From positions 3,264,001-3,328,000 of the forward strand of contig CAXXTU010000002.1 of assembly GCA_963662655.2 (NCBI GenBank): a stretch of DNA of 64,000 nt. The letters are read 5' to 3'. Numbering within the stretch: position 1 is the stretch's first letter; each line of letters starts with the position of its first letter. The DNA is from Candidatus Cloacimonadales bacterium (GTDB lineage: Bacteria > Cloacimonadota > Cloacimonadia > Cloacimonadales > JAIOQZ01). Below, one piece after another: positions 19,203-27,255 of the stretch. A model generated the notes under the pieces. It did not search any database. It saw only the letters and a list, made by a program, of their open reading frames with translations, and was not told the DNA's origin. Made by a program: the position numbers and the translations under genes.

Positions 19203-20450
19203 ATGGCTTACAGCGACAAAGTTAAGCAAGTCTATCTGGATACCCTTCAGGGCATCGAGGACAAGGGGATATTCAAGCAAGAGCGGTTTATCCACTCACC
19301 GCAGGCGGCGGATATCGAGGTGGAATTCCCGACCGGTTCGAGCCTGAAGAAGGTGATCAACATGTGCGCGAACAACTACCTGGGACTCTCCAGTCACCCG
19401 GACGTGATCCAGGCAGCTCACGAGGGACTGGACACGCGCGGCTACGGCATGTCGTCCGTTCGCTTCATCTGCGGAACGCAGGACATCCATAACAAGCTCG
19501 AGAGCATGGTGACCGAATTCCTCGGGACCGAGGACACGATCCTGTTCCCGTCCTGCATGGACGCGAACGCCGGCGTATTTGAAGCGATCCTCACCGAAGA
19601 GGACGTGATGATCTCCGACCGCCTGGTGCATGCTTCGATCATCGACGGAATTCGCCTGGCTCCGGCCATGCACGACACCTTCAAGCACTCCGACATGAAG
19701 CACCTCGAGAAAAAGCTCATCCTCCACGGCGACAAGCGCCTGAAAGTGGTCATTACCGACGGTGTTTTCTCCATGGACGGCGATACCGCGAAGCTCGACG
19801 AGATGGTCGCGCTCTGCGAGAAGTACGACGCCATGTTGTTCGTTGACGACTCCCATTCGACCGGCTTCATCGGCAAGACGGGGCGCGGAACGCACGAGAA
19901 ATGCGGCGTGATGGGCAAGATCGATATCATCACGACCACCTTCGGCAAGGCTCTGGGCGGCGCGTCCGGCGGATGCGTCTCGGGTCGCAAGGAAATCGTG
20001 GAGATGTGTCGCCAGAAGGCGCGTCCTTATCTCTTCTCGAACACCATCGCTCCGGTCGTGGTTTCCGGCGTGCTCAAGGTTCTGGAAATCCTCTCCAAAA
20101 CAACCGAACGCCGCGACAAGCTGGAAGCAAATACCGAATACTGGCGTAAAGGACTGGAAGACGCAGGATTCGTTCTTCAGCCCGGCGATACGCCCATCGT
20201 TCCGGTGATGCTCTTCAACGCCAAGCTCTCGCAAGACTTCTCGCGCGATCTGTACGACGAAGGCATCTACGCGATCGGCTTCTTCTTCCCGGTGGTGCCG
20301 CAAGGGAAAGCGCGTATCCGCACGCAGATTTCCGCAGCGCACGACCGTGAACACCTCGACAAAGCGCTGGAAGCATTCATCAAAGTCGGTAAGAAATACG
20401 AAATCCTCGGATTGACCAAGCAAGAAATCATCGATAAATACGGACTGTAG
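19203..20450 (+). CDS. kbl: Glycine C-acetyltransferase (2-amino-3-ketobutyrate CoA ligase)
   Basis: CANNYLGL, GMSSVRFICGT, DGVFSMDG, DDSH, TFGKALGG and ARIRTQISA motifs. Confidence 0.93.
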   Translation: MAYSDKVKQVYLDTLQGIEDKGIFKQERFIHSPQAADIEVEFPTGSSLKKVINMCANNYLGLSSHPDVIQAAHEGLDTRGYGMSSVRFICGTQDIHNKLESMVTEFLGTEDTILFPSCMDANAGVFEAILTEEDVMISDRLVHASIIDGIRLAPAMHDTFKHSDMKHLEKKLILHGDKRLKVVITDGVFSMDGDTAKLDEMVALCEKYDAMLFVDDSHSTGFIGKTGRGTHEKCGVMGKIDIITTTFGKALGGASGGCVSGRKEIVEMCRQKARPYLFSNTIAPVVVSGVLKVLEILSKTTERRDKLEANTEYWRKGLEDAGFVLQPGDTPIVPVMLFNAKLSQDFSRDLYDEGIYAIGFFFPVVPQGKARIRTQISAAHDREHLDKALEAFIKVGKKYEILGLTKQEIIDKYGL

Positions 20451-20457
20451 AGTCGGA

Positions 20458-21726
20458 GTGATGATGCAGGAGAACAAAGGAAATCGCTGGCTGGTAGTAT
20501 TCGGAGCGATTCTCATCCAGCTCTGCCTGGGCGCGATCTACGCGTGGTCTGTCTTCACGCCGTATCTGACGAAGGCGATCGCGGAGGGAGGCCCCGGCTG
20601 GAGCAAGGTCCAGACGCAGATCGTGTTCTCGGTCGGCCTGGTGAGCTTCGCGTTGGTCATGGTACTGGCGGGAAAGAAGCTCGGTAAGATCGGGCCGCGT
20701 CGTCTCTCCATCATCTCTGCCATCACGATGGGGCTCGGATATGTCCTCGGGGGACTCTTTGGAGGTACCTCATTCTGGCCAATCCTGATCTTCGTTGGGT
20801 TGATCGGCGGCGGCGGTATCGGTATCAGCTATGTGGTGCCGATCGCGGTCGGAATCCGCTGGTTCCCGGATAAAAAGGGACTCATCAGCGGGTTGGCCGT
20901 GGCAGGATTCGGATTCGGCGCTATGATATGGGTCAAGCTCGCCGGCGAGTGGGGACACCTGATCGATAACTACAGCATTTCAACGACATTCATCGTCTAT
21001 GGCATATCGTTCGCGGTACTGATTCTGATCGGAAGTATATGGATGGTTTTCCCGAAGGAAGAGAAGGAATCCCCGGGTGCGAAGAAGGCGGCGAACAAGG
21101 CTGCGGTCTCCGTCGTGGCGGATATCCAGAGCGGCGCGATGCTTCGAACCCTGCCGTTCTACCTGATCTTCCTCGTCTTCGTGTTCAACGCGATGGCGGG
21201 ACTGATGTCGATCGGCCTGATGAAGCTCTATCCCATGGAAGCGCTAAGAAACGCCGGCCTGGACGATATCGCCGCGAAGGCGATATCCGGTACCGCGATG
21301 GCGGTGTTCTTCAGCCTGGCGAACGGGCTGGGACGCATCCTTTGGGGTATCTTCAGCGACAAGCTCAAACGCAAGCCGTCCATCATCATCATGGCCGCCA
21401 CGCAGGGCGCGTTCATGCTGCTGTTCCCCTACATGGCCGGAACACCGTGGATGCTCTACCTCGCGGCGACGCTGATCGGATTCAACTACGGCGGCGCGTT
21501 CGCGCTGTTCCCGACGATCACGGCGGACACCTTCGGATCGAAATTCGTGGGTGAAAACTACCCCTTTGTCTTCCTCGCCTACGGCGTGGGCGGCATCTTT
21601 GGGCCGATCCTGGGGGGCGTTCTCGGCGATATGGGCAATTTTCCGCTGGCATTCTCGATCTGCGGGATTCTCTGCCTCATCAGCGCCGCTATGACAATCA
21701 AGATCAATCCGCCAAGCCATGCATAA
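20458..21726 (+). CDS. OFA (oxalate/formate antiporter-like) family MFS transporter
   Basis: GAIYAWSVF and WFPDKKGL.SGLAVAGFGFG motifs; about 12 hydrophobic segments. Confidence 0.9.
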   Translation: MMMQENKGNRWLVVFGAILIQLCLGAIYAWSVFTPYLTKAIAEGGPGWSKVQTQIVFSVGLVSFALVMVLAGKKLGKIGPRRLSIISAITMGLGYVLGGLFGGTSFWPILIFVGLIGGGGIGISYVVPIAVGIRWFPDKKGLISGLAVAGFGFGAMIWVKLAGEWGHLIDNYSISTTFIVYGISFAVLILIGSIWMVFPKEEKESPGAKKAANKAAVSVVADIQSGAMLRTLPFYLIFLVFVFNAMAGLMSIGLMKLYPMEALRNAGLDDIAAKAISGTAMAVFFSLANGLGRILWGIFSDKLKRKPSIIIMAATQGAFMLLFPYMAGTPWMLYLAATLIGFNYGGAFALFPTITADTFGSKFVGENYPFVFLAYGVGGIFGPILGGVLGDMGNFPLAFSICGILCLISAAMTIKINPPSHA

Positions 21727-22543
21727 GGATACGGGAATACTCTATCTGGTTCCCACGCCTGTCGGGAACCTGGACGATATGACTTTTCGCGCGGTGGAGA
21801 CGTTGAAAAGCGTCTCCACCATCGCGTGCGAAGATACACGAACCTCCCAGAAGCTGCTGCGGCACTACGAGATCGAAACGCCTGTAATCAGTTATCACAA
21901 GTTCAACGAGAAACAGCGCTCGGAGCAGTTGATCAGAAAACTGCTGGAAGGCAAGGACATTGCAGTCATCACCGACGCGGGAAGCCCGGGAATATCCGAT
22001 CCCGCACAGACGATTGTCCAGGCTGCGCGGGGCGAGAAGATACAGGTTGTCGCGCTCCCGGGTGCCACCGCGGTCATCCCGGCTGTTACGGCGAGTGGAT
22101 TGGATTGCGATCGTTTCCTTTTTGCCGGCTTCCTTCCGGACAAGTTGAAGGATCGTGAAGCCCTGATCGCCGAAATCGAGTATATGAAGGGAACGCTGGT
22201 TTTCTACGAGGCTCCGCACCGGATCGATAGGACCCTGGCGTATCTTCTCGATAAGCTGGGGGATCGCAAAGCGGTAATCGCGCGGGAAATAAGCAAGATT
22301 CACGAGGAATACGTGCGGGGGCGTATTTCCGATCTGATCGGCAGCGACTACGTGCGCAAAGGCGAGATGGTTCTTGTGGTGGAAGGCTGTCATGAGAGGA
22401 CCGTCACGGATGAATATATTAAAGAAGAATTATTGAAAAAGCTGGACACGGGCGTCTCGTTGAAGCAAGCTGTCAAAGACGTTGTGTCATTGACCGGTTC
22501 ACCCCGGAACCACGTCTATGAGATTGGCTTGAAATTGAAGTAA
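21719..22543 (+). CDS. rsmI: 16S rRNA C1402 2'-O-methyltransferase
   Basis: LYLVPTPVGNL.D, ACEDTR, DAGSPGISDP, YEAPHR and AREISKIHEE motifs. Confidence 0.95.
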   Translation: MHKDTGILYLVPTPVGNLDDMTFRAVETLKSVSTIACEDTRTSQKLLRHYEIETPVISYHKFNEKQRSEQLIRKLLEGKDIAVITDAGSPGISDPAQTIVQAARGEKIQVVALPGATAVIPAVTASGLDCDRFLFAGFLPDKLKDREALIAEIEYMKGTLVFYEAPHRIDRTLAYLLDKLGDRKAVIAREISKIHEEYVRGRISDLIGSDYVRKGEMVLVVEGCHERTVTDEYIKEELLKKLDTGVSLKQAVKDVVSLTGSPRNHVYEIGLKLK

Positions 22544-22557
22544 AAAAAGGAGTTTTT

Positions 22558-23364
22558 GTGAAGGGATATAAAAGATTGAAAAGTATCATGTATGTCGTTA
22601 TTCTAATATGTCTGTTGCCGTTTCTGGTTCAATGCGAAGACAGCGATTCGGATTCCGGTCCCCGTTCCTACCAATTCCCACTGAAAGCCGGATCATCCTG
22701 GACCTACCGGTGTTGTTTCACTGTTCCGGATTCATACGATCACACGGTTATCGATACGCTGGAAGTTATGTATTATCTTACCGCCGATACCACAGCGGTT
22801 TCACCGGATAATGTGGAATCGATCGGCATCCTTTGGGACGACGAATCCGAACAGGGTCCTTATGGAAGAGATTTTCTGGCAAACATGGATGACGGCTTGC
22901 ACCTCATGGGAACACAGGTAAATGGCGGAATAATCTTACAAACGCCATCTGTCCAGAGACTCCGGGCGATGCTTTTTGATCCGCAATCGAGATCCATTAA
23001 CGATTGGACGCTGGAGTGGTACGACAACGGCGAAACGAACCTGTTGATCCCCTATCCGCCGGTAGCAAACAACGAGTGGACCTTCTTCCCGGGTGACGAC
23101 TGGACGCCCAGCTATCACATGCTCATCGGATGGGACACCGTGGAAGTTCCCGCGGGGGATTACTCCTGCCTGCATAAGCGAATCAGAATGCCTGCAGACG
23201 TGGGTGAGTACAATGTTTATGATTATTACTACGGCGATCCCGGAGTCGTTTACGCGTACTTCGATATGGGAACGCAGACCATAACGAATGAGGATGGTGA
23301 GGAATTGGGCGAATACGATTCCTGGATGACCTACGAATTGATCGAGTATATTCCGGGAGAATAA
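22558..23364 (+). CDS. Lipoprotein of unknown function
   Basis: Lipobox LVQC; 'FPLK.GSSWTY' and 'TVEVPAG.Y.C' motifs. Confidence 0.75.
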   Translation: MKGYKRLKSIMYVVILICLLPFLVQCEDSDSDSGPRSYQFPLKAGSSWTYRCCFTVPDSYDHTVIDTLEVMYYLTADTTAVSPDNVESIGILWDDESEQGPYGRDFLANMDDGLHLMGTQVNGGIILQTPSVQRLRAMLFDPQSRSINDWTLEWYDNGETNLLIPYPPVANNEWTFFPGDDWTPSYHMLIGWDTVEVPAGDYSCLHKRIRMPADVGEYNVYDYYYGDPGVVYAYFDMGTQTITNEDGEELGEYDSWMTYELIEYIPGE

Positions 23365-23410
23365 CGAACAAGACGAGTGGATGAATTCCGCCTTCATAAA
23401 CTTCCGCAGG

Positions 23411-23439
23411 AGCCCGTTCCATTGAACGGGCTTTTTTTT
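23411..23439 (+). terminator. Rho-independent terminator
   Basis: AGCCCGTTC/GAACGGGCT stem followed by a T-tract. Confidence 0.85.
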
Positions 23440-23545
23440 AAGGCAAGCTCCTGGATATATTTGTTGTAACAAATATTTAATTGCGTGTTACATAAACGGA
23501 AGCCAATTAATTTTTATATTCACAAATAACGAATCGGAGGGATTC

Positions 23546-25666
23546 ATGAAGTATCACCTTTGCGCCATTCTTGTGCTCATTTCAGGCTTCGGCTTCCAGC
23601 TTGTAGCTCAGGAGAACATGAATGTGGACCTTGTGGGGCGAGCGATGCTAAGCCCTATCGGAAGAATGCAAGACATCGTGATCGTCGATCGCTACGCCTA
23701 CGTTGTGGATGAGATCACGGGATTGGTTATTGTGGATATCGTGAATCCGGAGGAGCCGCAAATCGTGGGAATATGCGGTGCGCCGGATCAATCAAATGCC
23801 GTGGCGGTATCGGGAAACTATGCCTACGTGGCGGACGCGAGATGCGGCCTGCGGATCATTGATATCAGCGATCCGGCAGAACCTGTCGAGGTCGGTCGTC
23901 TTGAGACTGGCCAGAGCACGAAGACGGTTGCCATTATCGGAAATTACGCTTATGTGGGTGTGTATAACAACGGAATCTACATTGTCGATATTGCGGACCC
24001 GACAAATCCTGTTGAGGTCAACTTCGTTCTACAGGGAATCTACGCGGACGAAATAGAGATCGCCGGAGATTATGCCTATTTTGTGGATAACGGGACGGAA
24101 CTTACTGTTGTGGACGTATCCAATCCGGAACAACCTGTTGTGGTCGGGTCGCTCGAAATTGGCCATAGCGTCTATTCGGTATCCATATCCGGGGATTACG
24201 CTGCTGTTAGTAAAGGTGACGATTGCATGATTGTAGATATCAGCGATCCGGGTAGTCCCGAAGTTTTATCATCGCTTGATACGGGCTCGTTCCTGGCCGA
24301 TGTTATGTGGAGTGGCGACTTTATCTACTGTGTGTCTCGTCGTGATGGTCTGGTTGTTCTTGATGCGAGCGATCCCGAGAATCTGGAAGCTGTCAGTTAT
24401 CTTGATTTAGGTGAGAACCTTCGTTCCGCGGTTTATTGCGATGGGCATATGTTCGCAGGGGGAAATGGTTTTTTTGCTGTGGATGTCTCGGACCCGAGTC
24501 AGCCCGAACAGGTTGGTGAGATCGAATCCAACGGCTTCTTCTATGATGTCGAGGTATGTGGGGATTATGCATACGTGGCTGCCGAAGAATATGTCCATGT
24601 TCTGGACGTTTCCGATCCAACCATGCCGGTGCTGCTTGATTCAGACAGGCAACCAGGGAATGCATACCAGATTGATATCGAGGGTGATTGTTTGGTTGTT
24701 GCAGATTACAGCGCTGGTGTTCGGATTTATGATGTGGGAGATCCATATTCATTGGAAGAGGTTGCAACAATCGGTGATCACTGGCATGTGCTCGATGTAA
24801 CAATTTCGAATGGTTATGCATATATCGCTATGGGAGGAATGAATGTGGTGGATATAAGCGATCCGGCTAATCCAATGATCGTGTATGAGGATGGAGCTTA
24901 CTCCAGGAGCATCTGTATTGCGGGTGAATATGCTTACCTCGTTAATGGTGGTTTGAGCGTATGGGATATCCATGACCCCTCAGCTCCGGTTTTTTGCGGG
25001 GCTGAAGATATTGGCCTAATGATTAACGGAATCGATGTCGTTGGGAACATCGCTGTGATTGCCGGACCTGAGTATGGTTTTGGCATATATGAGGTTGGCG
25101 ACCCGGAAAATCCTGAGGAGATTTGCCATTACGATGTCCTTGATCAGGCTGCTTATGTAAGGTCGGATGGAGACTTCGCCTATGTTAGCCGTATGTATAA
25201 AGGACTGAGCGTCGTCGATACCAGGGATCCGTACTACCCCGTGGAAACCGGCTATTACGATATGCCCGGATGTGCGATGGACCTGGATGTCGAGAACGGC
25301 TACGTGTACGTCGCGGAGGGGAATGGGATCGCGATTTACGACTGCTCCGGTGCGGGTGTGGACGATCCGGACGGGGATTCACCGGCTTCGGCGTCGCGCC
25401 TGTTGGGGAATTCACCCAATCCTTTCAACCCGGAGACGACCATCCGTTATTCCATTGCGACTTCGGGAGACGTGCAGCTAAGCATCTACAACATCCGGGG
25501 CGAGAAGGTGCGAACCCTGCAAAAAGGCTGGCAGGATTCCGGAGAGCACAGCGTTGTGTGGGACGGGCATGATCAGAGCGGTAAGCCGGTATCAAGCGGC
25601 GTGTATTTGAGCAGCCTGAAAACCTCCGACGTGAGCCAGACAGGGAAAATGCTTCTGTTGAAATAA
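23546..25666 (+). CDS. LVIVD-repeat beta-propeller protein with FlgD/T9SS-type CTD
   Basis: Repeated 'GNYAYVAD...GL.I.DISDP..P' units; PNPFNP...KMLLLK. Confidence 0.92.
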   Translation: MKYHLCAILVLISGFGFQLVAQENMNVDLVGRAMLSPIGRMQDIVIVDRYAYVVDEITGLVIVDIVNPEEPQIVGICGAPDQSNAVAVSGNYAYVADARCGLRIIDISDPAEPVEVGRLETGQSTKTVAIIGNYAYVGVYNNGIYIVDIADPTNPVEVNFVLQGIYADEIEIAGDYAYFVDNGTELTVVDVSNPEQPVVVGSLEIGHSVYSVSISGDYAAVSKGDDCMIVDISDPGSPEVLSSLDTGSFLADVMWSGDFIYCVSRRDGLVVLDASDPENLEAVSYLDLGENLRSAVYCDGHMFAGGNGFFAVDVSDPSQPEQVGEIESNGFFYDVEVCGDYAYVAAEEYVHVLDVSDPTMPVLLDSDRQPGNAYQIDIEGDCLVVADYSAGVRIYDVGDPYSLEEVATIGDHWHVLDVTISNGYAYIAMGGMNVVDISDPANPMIVYEDGAYSRSICIAGEYAYLVNGGLSVWDIHDPSAPVFCGAEDIGLMINGIDVVGNIAVIAGPEYGFGIYEVGDPENPEEICHYDVLDQAAYVRSDGDFAYVSRMYKGLSVVDTRDPYYPVETGYYDMPGCAMDLDVENGYVYVAEGNGIAIYDCSGAGVDDPDGDSPASASRLLGNSPNPFNPETTIRYSIATSGDVQLSIYNIRGEKVRTLQKGWQDSGEHSVVWDGHDQSGKPVSSGVYLSSLKTSDVSQTGKMLLLK

Positions 25667-25687
25667 ACGACTGCGCACACTTTTTCG

Positions 25688-25715
25688 AGCCGCTTCCGAT
25701 GGGGGCGGCTTTTTT
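25688..25715 (+). terminator. Rho-independent terminator
   Basis: AGCCGC(T)TCC/GGGGGCGGCT stem followed by a T-tract. Confidence 0.8.
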
Positions 25716-25763
25716 ATGAGCATATCGGAGGTATGGCGGTTTTATCACAAACGAACTATAAAA

Positions 25764-25907
25764 TGACACCCCCTTGGCAGAAGTTTACAGACGCTCTGTT
25801 TTCCACCCAAGCATCGACGGACTTGCGAGATAGGCGTCTGCAAGCGTTTGTAAAGAAATGGCAGAAACGGTGCGTTTCGTCCCGTTCGGTGCCACCGGTT
25901 TGGCACA
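25764..25907 (+). repeat. Left end (attL) transposase-binding sites
   Basis: TGACACCCCCTTGGCAGAA (25764), degenerate ...TGGCAGAAA (~25859) and TGCCACCGGTTTGGCACA (25890), matching the right-end motifs. Confidence 0.75.
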
Positions 25908-25975
25908 TGGGTTCCACTCTCGCAGCCGTGTTAAGCCGTTATTTCCGTGGAGATTCGCGCAAACTCATGGGATAT

Positions 25976-26059
25976 CGTCTGTAAAGCGACTGTAAAAGGG
26001 GCGTCTGTAAACGTGTGTAAAGGGCGTTTGTAAAAGAGCGACTGTAAAACGTTTGTAAA
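25976..26059 (+). repeat. Seven tandem copies of CGWNTGTAAA
   Basis: Copies at 25976, 25987, 26002, 26012, 26025, 26039 and 26050; extra copies at 25845 and inverted at 25784. Confidence 0.9.
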
Positions 26060-26067
26060 ACACAATG

Positions 26068-26124
26068 AAAAAGGCGAGCGTCAAACGACCGGGTGAAACG
26101 AACCCGATCGAACCGATGCTCGCC
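26068..26124 (-). terminator. Probable terminator of the repressor gene
   Basis: GGCGAGCGTC/GATGCTCGCC stem with an inner hairpin; A-tract on the + strand. Confidence 0.55.
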
Positions 26125-26131
26125 AATTCTT

Positions 26132-26875
26132 CTAATATAGCCTGAACTGAATCACCACCACACCCACGAGGTGAACGTCCATTGGTGAATCCTCGTCGAG
26201 CACGATGACATTGTAGTCTTTGTTGAATGGGAGGAGGAGTACCTGTTTGTTCTTCGGTACGAGCTGGACCTTCTTCAGCGTGATGCCATCATCGGTTCGA
26301 ACAGCGCAGACCTTACCATCGAGACTCATCCAGTCGTAGTTGTAATGAATGACCACGATGTCGCCATGATGGATGTTCGGCTCCATACTGTGACCGTTCA
26401 CTCGAAACACGCAGTAGTTCACCGTATCGCTCGAAAGGAACACGCGCGGGATTTCGATATACGCGAGGCTGTCTTTCTTCGCTTTGACGGGAGGCCCCGC
26501 AGCAATCTCCGCTTCCACCGGCAGACTCACCGTCCGGCTGAAGTAGTTGTCGGACGGGTTATACGGCCTGCCATCGATGGTCTTGACCGTGTGCTTGAGC
26601 ATTTCGAGCCGCTTCTTCTTGCCGTCCTCGGTCTCGAGTAACGCTTCGGGGAAGGGTTCGATGAACATCGAGCCCTGTCCTGTGAGCAGCCAGTTCATGT
26701 TCACGGCATGCATTTCGCAAATACGAACCAGCGCATCGATGGACGGTTTGCTCTTTTTCTTGTCAGAGAGCCAGTCCGAGAGGTTTCCGGTTGACACGCC
26801 GATAGACGACGCAAAATCCATCTTTTTCATTTCTAACGACTTAACTACAGCCGCCAATCTGTCTTTTACTTCCAT
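26132..26875 (-). CDS. CI-like repressor (XRE HTH + S24 peptidase)
   Basis: N-terminal HTH, NWLLTGQGSM, AAG cleavage site, V.GHSMEP and TLKK catalytic Ser/Lys. Confidence 0.92.
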   Translation of the reverse strand: MEVKDRLAAVVKSLEMKKMDFASSIGVSTGNLSDWLSDKKKSKPSIDALVRICEMHAVNMNWLLTGQGSMFIEPFPEALLETEDGKKKRLEMLKHTVKTIDGRPYNPSDNYFSRTVSLPVEAEIAAGPPVKAKKDSLAYIEIPRVFLSSDTVNYCVFRVNGHSMEPNIHHGDIVVIHYNYDWMSLDGKVCAVRTDDGITLKKVQLVPKNKQVLLLPFNKDYNVIVLDEDSPMDVHLVGVVVIQFRLY

Positions 26876-27018
26876 GCTTTCTCCTGCAATGACTTACAGT
26901 TTATGCGAGAAATCTGTTGACATTTCGCACGCAATTCTTCTTTATTGATGCATGAACTCGAAATTGCACAAACACGAACCGGTGTCAATGGAAAATTTTC
27001 AGCGGAAGGGAGAAGGGA
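26876..27018. promoter_or_regulatory. Divergent repressor/early promoter-operator region
   Basis: TTGACA at ~26917 (+) and TGTCAA at ~26983 (-); imperfect inverted repeat TGCGAGAAAT/ATTTCGCA around the + strand -35. Confidence 0.6.
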
Positions 27019-27255
27019 TTGAAAAAGTACACGCAAAACGAATTCAAGGCTGCCATAAAGCATAAAGGAATCAGCATTTCCGAGATTTCTGAAACCATAG
27101 GAATTTCGATGCGGATGCTTGAATATTATATGAGGGGCGAGAAGAATATGCGAAAAGCTGACGCATTCCTCGAACTTCTCGAACCGGAATTGAGTCAGAT
27201 TACAGGAGAAGCATTTAGCATAAATGCGAGAGACGCGAGAAGGAGGATCGGATGA
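27019..27255 (+). CDS. Cro/Ner-like HTH protein
   Basis: 78-aa HTH protein divergent from the repressor and upstream of the transposase. Confidence 0.75.
   Translation: MKKYTQNEFKAAIKHKGISISEISETIGISMRMLEYYMRGEKNMRKADAFLELLEPELSQITGEAFSINARDARRRIG

Noticed and set aside
19296..20516. 406-aa antisense ORF over kbl (likewise 28308-29330, 31675-32673, 47641-48609 and 48730-49941)
   Set aside because: These are shadow ORFs caused by GC-rich codon bias opposite well-supported genes, with no motifs or RBS.
25976..26059. Possible CRISPR array
   Set aside because: Repeats are only 10 bp with 0-5 bp gaps, there are no unique spacers and no cas genes.
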